Shown: positions 27,701 through 37,000 of the stretch, one piece after another
Layout of the letters: each line of letters starts with the position of its first letter
Position numbering within the stretch: the first letter of the stretch is position 1
Origin: Novipirellula rosea
Lineage (GTDB): Bacteria; Planctomycetota; Planctomycetia; Pirellulales; Pirellulaceae
Direction of reading: 5' to 3'
Assembly: GCF_039541335.1 (NCBI RefSeq)
Contig: NZ_BAABGA010000029.1
Location: forward strand, 211,215-275,214
Length of the DNA stretch: 64,000 bases
Translations under genes and position numbers: made by a program
Notes under the pieces: model-generated
What the model saw: the letters and a program-made list of their open reading frames with translations, nothing else
Database searches by the model: none
What the model was told of the DNA's origin: nothing

Positions 27701-29986
27701 CGCGGCCGATGACAACGACTCGGCCCGTCGGTTGCGTTTTTCAGTCAGCTGGACTTTTCGCGATTCGAACGCTGCATAAACATCTTCGCGTCGCTGAGCC
27801 AATTGGACGATAAACTCGTCGAATTCAGCGAACCGTCCCTCTAGCTCCTCCAATTGGACCATCACCTTGGTCAAGTATTCATCACACTTGGCAACCGAGT
27901 CGCTGACGTCCAAATAGCCAGCGGTGGTTTGCTGAAGCAGTTTCAATTGGGATGCAAATTCGGCTTGCCCTTCGACGCTGACCAATTCGCTAACGCGTGC
28001 CTTTAGCGAACTGCGGACGCGGTTCAGCGAAGCAAAAACGTTACCGATAGCGTCGATGATTTCCGTTCGCTTAGTCGAGTCGTCAATTCGCAGATTACTA
28101 ACGGTCTCGGTTAGCAGTTCCAACTGACTGGCTGATTCATCAATCGTCTCGCCTAGCTTCTTTGCCTCGGCCACCGTTTGCACTTGGCCCACAGCCTCGC
28201 CCGCATCGGTCACTTGGTCCTGGTACGGATCAAGAGCGCCGGGAGTCAGCAGGAAATCGACACAGCGGCGACTGAGCCGTTCGGCACGTTCGGCGGTGGT
28301 CTTTTCGAGTGTTTCGACCAAATCAAGATCAACGTAACGCAGTTCTTTCAGGGCGAGGGCATGCCCACGTTGTTGTCGCAATTTGGCCAGGAAATCAACG
28401 AAGTTTTCGATCGATTCGAACCGTCCACGCTCGATCTCTTTGACGAGGGCTTCGACATTCTGCTGCACTTGATTGGTTTGCGCCAGCGTGTCGCGACGAA
28501 CGCGAACCACCTTCTCAAACTCTTCGACTGCGGCCGAGGCGGCTTCGCGGATTTTTTGCAGTGGCTCGGAAAGCTTTTCGGTCTCGGGTTTGTCGATCCA
28601 GAAATAGCTGTCTAAAACGTCCGATGCTTTTTTAACCAGGTCGACGTAGAGCCCGTCGTAGCTGTCGTCCTTATCGATCAATTGCAGCAGTTCGCTGCAT
28701 TCGGCCATCCCGCGGACAATTTCTTTGTTGCCGATTTTGAACAGCAGCGAATCGGTTTGATTTTCCGGAACGTGGTCGGCACTGGTGAACGGAGTCTGCC
28801 AGACCTGGATCGCATGGTGTTTTTGGGGTTGCTCGTGGGTCTTGAAGCAAACCATCTCGCCAGCATCGAACAGAGTTTGTCCGTTGCAAACCAATGGGGT
28901 GTCAACCGATTGCCGAATCAGGTTATAGCGAAGCTGGACGTAGGTGCCCGATTCATTGTTGTAGAACAAGTACAGAAAGTCTTCGCCGTTAGCCGCTGCG
29001 ACCGTGCGTTGATAACGCATGTCGCCCAGCCCATGGTCAAACCGTTTGCATTGACCCGTTTGCAAGTAGTAGCCGCCTGGAAAAATCAATCCTTGGTCGC
29101 CAGGCAACATTACACAAGCATGTTCGATTTCATCGAGCCGAATCGCTTGCTGGATTTTACCATTAAAGACGATATAGCGAGTCTTGTCTTCCTGGTACGG
29201 ACGCACTTTCATCAGCACAAGATTGCCAACGATGGCGTAATGAATCTCGGCGTCATCAAGTTTCTGGTCGTGATGGTCAACCGGTTCGGCATAAATGCCT
29301 TCGCCCGAATCGGTGTTGTTTTCGATCTTGACGGTCAAATCGCCGCCGACGGTTTCGATAAAAACGCGGTCTTCAATCGAGATGTGAGGGTGAGCACCAT
29401 AGTGATGCTGGTCGCGAGTGGTGCGTTTCCAAGTGAATTCATGTTGCTGCGGATCACGAACCTCATGCTCGCTGCGGTTATCGAGATATTCGATCGAATT
29501 CGGAGTCACTCGCCATTTAAAACTCTTGATATCGCGATGGCTCTTGCCGACTCGAAACACCATATGCAGCATCGGCCCGACACGAAAAAAACGGGCGAAT
29601 GCGGTCCCTTTGTAGAACCGGTACAGTTCGTGAAAGTCGTTGGTGAAACGCTTGTCACCGATCAGCTCGAGTGATTCTTGGTGGAATTGATTGTCGGCGA
29701 AACGATAAACCGAGAAGACATCGGCGAGTTCGATTTCGGTTTTCAATCCGAATTGAACGTTATAGCCAAACAGAAACTTGTCGCCGACCGAGATCAGGTC
29801 ACGAGGCACACAGTTGTGATCGGTCGTTACACGTTCGGTGGTAATCAAACGCGTTTCGATATTGCCAAAGACCGCCGCCCGTTCTTCGTTCAGCTTGGCA
29901 AGACGCGCACGCAAGTCCGACGACGCATCGCGAAGCCGATTGCGAAGCACCTCATACGTTCCGGCAGCAAGTTGGGTGTCGGTCAT
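24728..29986 (-). CDS. Giant (1752 aa) coiled-coil protein with a single AAA+ (AAA_5/MoxR-like) ATPase domain
   Basis: Walker A LLLISPPGYGKTTL (coding nt ~26150-26190), Walker B VMLYLDD, sensor VVMAGNP. There is an N-terminal ~450-aa beta-rich region, about 400 aa of heptad-like coiled coil, and a C-terminal coiled coil. No other recognisable catalytic motifs. Confidence 0.8.
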   Translation of the reverse strand: MTDTQLAAGTYEVLRNRLRDASSDLRARLAKLNEERAAVFGNIETRLITTERVTTDHNCVPRDLISVGDKFLFGYNVQFGLKTEIELADVFSVYRFADNQFHQESLELIGDKRFTNDFHELYRFYKGTAFARFFRVGPMLHMVFRVGKSHRDIKSFKWRVTPNSIEYLDNRSEHEVRDPQQHEFTWKRTTRDQHHYGAHPHISIEDRVFIETVGGDLTVKIENNTDSGEGIYAEPVDHHDQKLDDAEIHYAIVGNLVLMKVRPYQEDKTRYIVFNGKIQQAIRLDEIEHACVMLPGDQGLIFPGGYYLQTGQCKRFDHGLGDMRYQRTVAAANGEDFLYLFYNNESGTYVQLRYNLIRQSVDTPLVCNGQTLFDAGEMVCFKTHEQPQKHHAIQVWQTPFTSADHVPENQTDSLLFKIGNKEIVRGMAECSELLQLIDKDDSYDGLYVDLVKKASDVLDSYFWIDKPETEKLSEPLQKIREAASAAVEEFEKVVRVRRDTLAQTNQVQQNVEALVKEIERGRFESIENFVDFLAKLRQQRGHALALKELRYVDLDLVETLEKTTAERAERLSRRCVDFLLTPGALDPYQDQVTDAGEAVGQVQTVAEAKKLGETIDESASQLELLTETVSNLRIDDSTKRTEIIDAIGNVFASLNRVRSSLKARVSELVSVEGQAEFASQLKLLQQTTAGYLDVSDSVAKCDEYLTKVMVQLEELEGRFAEFDEFIVQLAQRREDVYAAFESRKVQLTEKRNRRAESLSSAADRILKGIDSRVRSMESSDEIAAYFAGDLMVEKVRDIIEQLGDLDDAVRVEDLQSRLKTIREDASRQLKDRQDLYEDGGDVIWLGQHRFAVNTQPLDLTTVLRGGEICLHLTGTQFFEPLRDEALTAAKDLWNQELISENADVYRSEYLAVDLFETLTASSANPMDPKSIDLKWMQTQLAGRFSEGYSKGVHDGDAVRILSTLLEMNQTIGLLRHSPSVRAASLLWFTKILDAKQNKSMTEWIGGFAKLAKAYPHAKPAIQFRQRLAELASIDRSHWAPIFPPAVNEQRIADYLFDQLVAKGRQNTASKRAADLHHAFAETLPESDRQKLLESSLKNNQSDPVASFILARNWAEAYLQSHANPDDLDPASFYLDELAWLIQCGGTESMSVADAAVAKRLDSMAGAHPRIEKGVMTLHYHELLDRVRGYRGDVVPRFERLHETKTRLVDAARDDMRLEEFKPRVLTSFVRNRLLDEVYLPLIGDNLAKQMGSAGADKRTDRMGLLLLISPPGYGKTTLMEYIANRLGIVFMKINGPAIGHGVTSLDPAEAPNAAAREEIERLNLALEMGDNVMLYLDDIQHTHPELLQKFISLCDATRKIEGVRNGKTRTYDLRGRRVAVVMAGNPYTESGDRFQIPDMLSNRADVYNLGEIIGDSADAFEMSYLENCLTSNRTLAPLSTVPVEDSRAIIRAAERDSIEGIELESNLSMDQVREMYEVVRKLLRVRDVVLKVNRAYIRSAAQADSYRTEPPFKLQGSYRNMNRIAERVAGVMNEKELQTLIISNYEQDAQTLTTDNEANVLKFKELMGILTTEEKERWDSIKYAFVESVRMQGMDSEDQAGQLMRQLGAMRDGLESIRQVISRAIAVGSDGSEERMDARIDLLRQSVTASASQLSETLHATSKNLERISEQQAASPPDQKVLVQHKVPRVLADLVKGQFHLMQEWLRPILSESLENGRDLEKLRSQLEAMLKNYQQMESAIDPGNQNITPPQ

Positions 29987-30039
29987 AGCTGAAGATCAAG
30001 AAGTCATGGATGAGTTCGGGGTATTGTGTTCGGTCTGTG

Positions 30040-30960
30040 GTTCCAGTTCGTCCGGCCGGATGTGGGTTTAGGCCCAAGGGGCCGGCTTGTTGTAGGCCCA
30101 AAGGGCCGGTGCTATGTCAGCCCAGGGCAACGCCCTGGGTTTGGTCATGATCCATCCGTACTAGTCCCAAGGGGACGGTCCTAATCCCAGACATAACGCT
30201 CGTCGATCGTAATGCCATGTCGGCGACAAAGTTCTCGAAACTCCTCTTTAAAAGTCATGTTCCGATGATGCATTTCCTGATTGGCGATGTAAGCCTTTAC
30301 CTCTGCAATGTTCGACTCGCTAACCGAAAACGCTCCGTATCCTCCCTGCCACGAAAATTGCGACAACGCTGTCGCTTGGCGTTTCACCCATTTGCTCGTC
30401 TCTGTTTTCGCCTGTTGAACGACATCTTTCATGGCAAAGTTTCGACTTAACAGAAACAATGCGTGGATATGATCCTCGACACCCCCAATAATGATGGCTG
30501 GCGAGTCAACGTTGTCACGAAGAATCGTCGCCATGTAGGCGTATAGCTCGTCGCAAAGGCTACGTGGTTTTAGGACGGGGTGTCGGTGCTTGGTAGAGAA
30601 CACGAGATGGATCGCAACTTTGGATAACGATTGAGGCATTGTTTCATCTCCAATGGGTTAGCGCCGCCCCGTTGGGGCTATCGTGCATTTTATTCCCGGC
30701 GAACCCAGGGCGTTGCCCTGGGCTGACATGGGTCCGTCCCGTTGGGACTACGAATCGTCCCGTTGGGACTTTCAATTTTCCTGAACACTTCAAAACCTGG
30801 GGCTTACGCCGCCAGGCTACTTTGTTTCGCCGCGATGCGGCTGGACCATCCAGGGCGTTGCCCTGGGCTGACATGGGCCCGTCCCGTTGGGACTACGAAT
30901 CGTCCCGTTGGGACTTTCAAAGCCGTTGGGACTACGCCTTGCCTTTCCTTGTTTTGCTGT
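30040..30960 (-). mobile_element. IS200/IS605-like RAYT (REP-associated tyrosine transposase) with flanking inverted REP arrays
   Basis: The CDS at 30181-30639 has HuH (HIHALF) and a conserved Tyr (KAYIANQ). REPs: CCCAGGGCAACGCCCTGGG at 30120-30138 on one side, and its inverted copy CCCAGGGCGTTGCCCTGGGCTGACATGGG at 30704 and 30850 on the other. GTCCCGTTGGGAC palindromes occur at 30736, 30757, 30880 and 30902, and GGCCCAAGGGGCCGG at 30070 and 30095. Local GC is visibly lower than the flanks. Confidence 0.8.
30181..30639 (-). CDS. RAYT / IS200-like Y1 transposase (TnpA)
   Basis: 152 aa, MPQSLSKVAIHLVFSTKHRHPVL...DHIHALFLL, typical IS200/RAYT N-terminus and HuH. Confidence 0.8.
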   Translation of the reverse strand: MPQSLSKVAIHLVFSTKHRHPVLKPRSLCDELYAYMATILRDNVDSPAIIIGGVEDHIHALFLLSRNFAMKDVVQQAKTETSKWVKRQATALSQFSWQGGYGAFSVSESNIAEVKAYIANQEMHHRNMTFKEEFRELCRRHGITIDERYVWD

Positions 30961-33070
30961 CCGCAGGGATCGCGGGGGTTAAGACTCGACTTGCTTTTTG
31001 ATCGGCGATGTTGGCGGTGCCGACGACGCCTAACAAACTGGTCAATTGCGAACGAACATCATCGGTCTTCGCCAACCCCATCATCTTCGCGATCAGTGCC
31101 GCGATCGACAAATCTTTCACTGAGTCGGCGTCCAGATTGAACTGCTTCATCAGTTCGTCTAGCTGATCCCGAAAATAGTCGGCGTTGCCATCGAAGAACG
31201 TGTCCTTGATGTCGGTCGCCACGCGGCTGTTGTAGACAAATCGGTCGATCGCTTTGCCGCCCTTGACCGCATTGGTAATCTGCTCGAAGAACTCGCCATC
31301 GCCACCGACAATGTCGATTCGTGCGGCTCGCAGGGCTTCGCCCATGACGCCTGCTTGGCTTTCGGCAATCCCGCGCTGCGCATCGATCGCTGCGATCTCG
31401 ACATCCTTTTCTTTCTCGAGCTTTAACTTGAACTCTTCGTGTTCCTTCCCGACGCTGTCGAGCTGTTTCATTGCTTCGGCTTTCTCGGTGATCCCGGTTG
31501 CCTCGCTGTGGTACTTCTCGCGTGACACGTTGGCTTCGGCCAGACCTTGTTTTTCGATCGCTTGGGCCTTGGCTTCGATTCCCTTGGCTTCGGCGATGGC
31601 TTTCTTTTCGAGCACGATCGCTTCGGCACTGCCTTCTTTTTCCAAGCTGGTTGCTTTCGCTTCTTGCACGGTCGCTTCGGCCAATCCCGATGCAGCCGCG
31701 GTCGCCGCGTCCGCTTCGGCCAGCATTTTCTTTGCCGCCGTGTCTTTCTCGGCAGCATCGCGACGTGCTTCGGCTTCGATGCGGATCTTTTCTGCGAGCA
31801 GCATGCTCGAATCCTTTTCCGCTTGCGCCTGTTTCGTGACGCGAATCAATTCTTCTTCGCCTCTCATCTCGGCCGCAGTCACTTGGACTTTCTTCAGTCG
31901 GTCGGCAGCCGCGATCTCTTCGGTGTCTTTGATTCGTTCTTTCTCTTCGACCACGGCTCGCTCGACCGCAACACGTTCGCGGATCACCTCTTGGATGTTG
32001 CGTTTCTCGATCTCGATCGCCTTCTCTTTCTCAACCTCGGCGACCCCGACCACTCGCAATCGCTCGGTCATTTCCAAGTCGCGGTCACGATTGACACGCT
32101 CCAGCTCGACCGCGTCGGTCTTTTCCTTGTTCCGCTGTGCGACCAAAATTTGACGCGACTTGTTTTCTTCGGCAACGCCCAGTTCCTCTTCGGTCGCAAT
32201 CCGAGCTCGCTCGGCTTCGAGCCGTTGCTCTTCACGCACCTTGGCGGCCGAGGCTTGTTCTCGCGAAGTGATTTCAGCAATCTCGCGTTTCTGTTTTTCG
32301 ACAGCTTCGACACGTTGACGTTCGAGTTCCAAGATGGTTTCTTCCGCTTCGACGTCCTGCTTCTTAAGCGTTTTTTCTTTGTCGCGAGTAAACTGGTTCT
32401 CTTTGACCTTTTCCGACGAGGTTAATTCGGTGATCTTTTTGATTCCCTCGGCGTCCAGGATATTGTTGGGACTGAGCATTTCCAGCGGCGTTTGTTCGAG
32501 ATAATCGATCGCCGCGTCGTCCAGACGGTAACCGTTCAAATCGGTACCGATCACCTTCAAAATTTCTTCTTTGAACTTGTCACGTTGATCGTACAGGTCG
32601 ACAAAGTCGAACTGCTTACCGACCGTTTTCAGAGCTTCACTGAATTTTGCGTCAAACAATTCGCGAAGCGTTTCCAGTTCGCTACACCGCTTTGCACCAA
32701 TCGACTGAGCCACCTCACGCATTTCTTCGTCGGTTTTATCGACTCGAATAAAGAATGCCACTTTGATGTCGGCTCGAATGTTGTCTTTACAGATCAAACC
32801 TTCGCTGCCTTGACGGTGGATTTCGAAGCTTTTGAGTGTCAAGTCCATGAACTCGTAGCGATGAAACATCGGCACAATGAATTTGCCGCCTGCGGTGGTC
32901 ACGTCGAGTCCACCGAGTCCGGATTTAACGATTGCGCGGTCGGGACCAACGACGATGTAGTACTGTTTGAACGTCACCAGCAATGCGATGAACGCGATCA
33001 ACACGAAGTACAACATTAACATTGGACCCGAGGTCCAATTGATTTCCGAGATCAATAACAACGAGGTCAC
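30932..33070 (-). CDS. Flotillin-like SPFH/band-7 protein
   Basis: N-terminal TM, SPFH domain, and a long EA-repeat coiled coil (EAEARRDAAEKDTAAKK, AEAKGIEAKAQAIEKQG) typical of flotillin FloT/YqiK. Confidence 0.9.
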   Translation of the reverse strand: MTSLLLISEINWTSGPMLMLYFVLIAFIALLVTFKQYYIVVGPDRAIVKSGLGGLDVTTAGGKFIVPMFHRYEFMDLTLKSFEIHRQGSEGLICKDNIRADIKVAFFIRVDKTDEEMREVAQSIGAKRCSELETLRELFDAKFSEALKTVGKQFDFVDLYDQRDKFKEEILKVIGTDLNGYRLDDAAIDYLEQTPLEMLSPNNILDAEGIKKITELTSSEKVKENQFTRDKEKTLKKQDVEAEETILELERQRVEAVEKQKREIAEITSREQASAAKVREEQRLEAERARIATEEELGVAEENKSRQILVAQRNKEKTDAVELERVNRDRDLEMTERLRVVGVAEVEKEKAIEIEKRNIQEVIRERVAVERAVVEEKERIKDTEEIAAADRLKKVQVTAAEMRGEEELIRVTKQAQAEKDSSMLLAEKIRIEAEARRDAAEKDTAAKKMLAEADAATAAASGLAEATVQEAKATSLEKEGSAEAIVLEKKAIAEAKGIEAKAQAIEKQGLAEANVSREKYHSEATGITEKAEAMKQLDSVGKEHEEFKLKLEKEKDVEIAAIDAQRGIAESQAGVMGEALRAARIDIVGGDGEFFEQITNAVKGGKAIDRFVYNSRVATDIKDTFFDGNADYFRDQLDELMKQFNLDADSVKDLSIAALIAKMMGLAKTDDVRSQLTSLLGVVGTANIADQKASRVLTPAIPADSKTRKGKA

Positions 33071-33756
33071 GATGCGGTCTCCGATGGCAGATTAGTGACG
33101 ATGTAGATGCGTTTCTGTTTTTCAAATCCGACGATGCGAACCTCGGTCCCTTTGGGGATATGAGCTCCGTCGGTACGGACATTCAGTAGTAGTGGGGCTG
33201 CGTTGGTGCGAAATTTGGCTTGTCCAAACTCCGGTGTCGCTTCGCTGGTAGTGATTTCACAGGTGCCGCCGACCATGCGACTTTCGTCGTACGAGGGCGG
33301 ATCGACAAAGTAACCTAGCATCGGCTGCGTGATCGCCTTGGTAATTCCGGTGGCAATCACAAAATTGCGGATCGACAACAGGATGCTGGGCAGCCAATCC
33401 GGGGAATAACGCGCCGAATCAAAGCTGTGCCAAAGCCAGTACGAGATTCCCCAGAACGCGACCGAAAAGATCCCGCCCCATAGCACGATGGGAATCCGTC
33501 CAAAATTGGTCCAGCGAACTGCCGCCCCGCCCAGTCCCTGTAACAAGTCGGCATCGACCGAGATCATCTCGCCGTCCGGCAGATCGACGCCGACATCGGG
33601 AACATCCAAATCGACGTCAGGAACGTCAAAACCGAAATCAACCAACCCAATAATCGCCAGGATCGTATAGACAACCAACAAACAAATCAGGATGGATGCC
33701 GGCCACAAGGGGCCGACAAACATGCGGTTGGCGAGATCGATAATCGAGTCCGACAC
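33067..33756 (-). CDS. NfeD-like membrane protein (YqiJ/YuaF family)
   Basis: Multi-TM N-terminus plus a C-terminal OB-fold-like soluble domain (GTEVRIVGFEKQKRIYIV). Overlaps the flotillin start by 4 bp. Confidence 0.7.
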   Translation of the reverse strand: MSDSIIDLANRMFVGPLWPASILICLLVVYTILAIIGLVDFGFDVPDVDLDVPDVGVDLPDGEMISVDADLLQGLGGAAVRWTNFGRIPIVLWGGIFSVAFWGISYWLWHSFDSARYSPDWLPSILLSIRNFVIATGITKAITQPMLGYFVDPPSYDESRMVGGTCEITTSEATPEFGQAKFRTNAAPLLLNVRTDGAHIPKGTEVRIVGFEKQKRIYIVTNLPSETAS

Positions 33757-33949
33757 GGGGTCGAGCCTCCGAAATGGGGTGGATAAGGACGGTACAGCTT
33801 AGTTGCAGGGCTGGAACCTCGCAGAACCAGGGCGCAAGGCAAGCAATAAACCGCAGAATTTTAGCTCAGAAATAAGCCGCACGCGTGTGGGATCAGCTTC
33901 CAGCCTGTCTCAGGCCCTCAACAGCCTGGCGACTTCTTGCAGGTCGACG

Positions 33950-34019
33950 GTAGTGGACGAGGCAACGAGTCCATTCAGGAATGGGGGCGTGCTGGGACTC
34001 TCGTTGCCTCGTCCACTAC
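33950..34019. promoter_or_regulatory. Perfect 20-bp inverted repeat (GTAGTGGACGAGGCAACGAG / CTCGTTGCCTCGTCCACTAC) with a nested palindromic loop
   Basis: Arms at 33950-33969 and 34000-34019. The 30-nt loop contains CCATTCAGGAATGG. It lies in the divergent intergenic region between nfeD and the heme-c dehydrogenase gene. Confidence 0.6.
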
Positions 34020-34081
34020 ACAAAAATTGGCTCGTGGGACCGATGACAGGCTGGAAACCAATCCCACACTGAAAATTGATT

Positions 34082-37000
34082 ATGATGGACGCTCCTGCCG
34101 ACCTTCGGTCTAACCCGAACGCCATCCCTCCGACCACCGATGCCAAAATCTGGGCATCCGTAAACATCATGATGATATCCCGCCTTGCCGCTTTCCTGAT
34201 CGTCGCCTCTTTTGCCAGTTCCACGCTGTCGCTGCAGGCAGAAATGCTGCGGCGAGCGGCACCCTTGGGCGATCAACTCAAAGCGGCCGATCCGCACTAT
34301 CTGGCCGAGCAAGTCCGATTGCGAGGTGATGCCCATCGAGGTGCGCTGGTGTTCTTTAAGTCGGCCGCTGGATGTGTGAACTGTCACAGCAGCGGTGACC
34401 AAGCTTCGCCGCTTGGACCGAATCTTGCCGAACTCGGATCCGATTTGACCGACGAATACCTAATCGAGTCGCTGTTGTTTCCGTCGCGTCATATCCGCAA
34501 AGGTTTTGAAACCGTTTCGCTGCTGACGGTGGACGGACAAGTGTATGTCGGCTTGATCGCTGGCGAGGATGACAAACAGATTCGCATGCGATTGTCGAGC
34601 GATCTGACTCACGACTTTGTGGTGACTCAGGAAGAAGTCGAAGAACGCAATGTAAATTCCAAGTCGTTGATGCCCGATGGTTTGATCGGATCGCTAAAAG
34701 ATCAACGCGAGTTCCTTGATCTTGCTTGCTATGTGATCGAAGTGGCTCGCGGGGGCAAAACGCGAGCATCACAGCTGCAACCCTCGCCTGAACAACTGCG
34801 GGTTGTCGATGACTCGATCGACTTGGACCACGCGGGGATTATCAAAGGATTGGGCCGACGCGACTTCACCGCCGGCGAGGCGATCTATCACGGCTACTGT
34901 TTCGATTGCCATGGCAGCGACGGTAATACCCCGTCACTTTCGACAGCGCGAGCGTTTGGAACTCAGAAGCTAAAGTTTGGTGCCGACCCGTACCAGATGT
35001 TTATGACGTTGACCAAGGGCAATGGATTGATGGCGTCGATGTCTCACTTGACGCCAAAAGAACGTTACCAAGTCGTGCACTACATCCGCGAAGCGTTCAT
35101 GAAAGGGAACAATCCCGATTACGTCAAAGTCACGCCCGAACTGCTGAAATCGCTGCCCACCGGCACCAAGGACGGCACCGAGATCGAGAACGTTCAACGT
35201 GACTTTGGCCCCGCGTTGGCATCTCAACTTCGCCGCGATTTCCCCAGCGTGCTGAACATCCGACTTGGTGACGCGACGATCGCCTACAACTTGCACGCGA
35301 TGGACCAAGCGGATGTGTGGAGCGGTGGATTTCTTGACTTGAGCGAAACACAACATGTCCGTCCTCGCGGCGAAGGCACTGCAAACCCTGACGGGGAATC
35401 GATCCAGGGGCTCGCCGGATGGCACTGGGGACACGGTGGCACCCTCGATTATTCACGCAAAGGCCTGCTGCCACGCGGGCCCATGCCCGCAGAGTGGATG
35501 GACTACCACGGCCACTACCTCCACAACGATCGGGTGACACTCAGCTATGCAATCGATGGTCGCGAAATACTCGAGTCGCCGCAGGAACTGGGCAACCGTG
35601 CCGGAAGCGAGGTGATTGTTCACGAGTTGAAAATTGGCCCCGGTGGTGAACTGATCCTCGCCATTGCCGAGAACGCGGATAACGCAACCGCCATCGTCCG
35701 AGGCGATCACCGCGATTTGACGCCCCACTCTGATGACAAGAATCGCTTGGTACTACGAATTCCTGCGGACACGCGGTCGCGGACGATACAAGTCTATCGC
35801 ACCGAAGGGCAAGATCGCTCTTCGCTACAGAAGCTTGCGGATTCATTCACGCCGACGATGGATTTAGCGTCACTGACCCAAGGAGGCTCGATGTTGTGGG
35901 CGGATGAACTGGAAACGGTTGGCTACCTGGGGCTCGAAAAGGGGGGCTATGCACTGGATACACTCGCGATCCCCGAATCCACGCCTTGGAACACTTGGTT
36001 CCGCACCTCGGCGCTCGATTTCTTTCCCGATGGGCGGATGGCATTGGCAACCCATGGCGGCGATATTTGGATCGTGTCGGGCATCGACGATGACTTGCTA
36101 AATCTTCGCTGGAAACGATTCGCCGCGGGGCTTTACGAACCGTTTGGAGTCAAGATTGTCGATGGAAAAATCTATGTCACCTGCAAGGATCGATTGACTC
36201 GGCTGCACGATCAAGACGGCAATGGTGAGGCGGATTTCTACGAGAGTTTTTGTGCCGACATCGATGTGTCGACCAACTTTCATGCATTCAATTTTGATTT
36301 GCAAACCGACGACGAAGGCAACTTCTACTACGCAAAAAGTGGACATGGCGCCGATTTCTCGCTGCCGGGCGCCGTGTTCAAAATCTCGCCTGATGGCAAA
36401 CATCGTGAAGTCTTGTCGACCGGCTTTCGCACGCCCAATGGGCTGGGCAGTATGCCAGGCGGTCGGATCACCGCGAGCGATAACCAGGGCCAATGGACGC
36501 CCGCCTCGAAAATCAACTTGCTAAAACCAGGCGGCTTCTATGGCTGGGTACCGACCTATTCGATCCCTGGCAAATGGGAGCCCGATGGTGGCAAAATTGA
36601 CATCACCAAACTGGTGCCTCCGACGTCGTTTGACCGGCCCTTGGTTTATATGACGCAAGAGTTCGACAATTCATCAGGAGGGCAAATTTGGGTAGAGGAT
36701 TCACGGTTTGGTCCGCTCGCAGGCCATCTGCTGCACACCAGTTTCGGTCGCGGATGGATGTCGTATTTGATGATCCAAGATGTGGGCGACCTCAGCCAAG
36801 CGGCGATCGTGAATCTGCCGTTTGATTTTTCGACCGGGATCATGCGAGGGCGTGTGAATCCCGCCGACGGCCAAGTCTATGCGACCGGCCTGCAAGGCTG
36901 GAACGGTGGCGGCCGGATTGGCTTGGAAGAAAAGGGACTGCAACGCCTTCGCTACACTGGACGTCCCTATCCCATGGTCACGGACGCATCGGTACAAGCC

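Noticed and set aside
28682-29674. 330-aa plus-strand ORF
   Set aside because: Antisense to the giant ATPase gene. Its composition is odd (F/V/N-rich) and it has no start context.
31254-32425. Plus-strand ORFs of 299 and 292 aa (Ser/Ala/Phe-rich)
   Set aside because: Antisense to the flotillin coiled-coil region. Its repetitive EA/KE codons give long open antisense frames.
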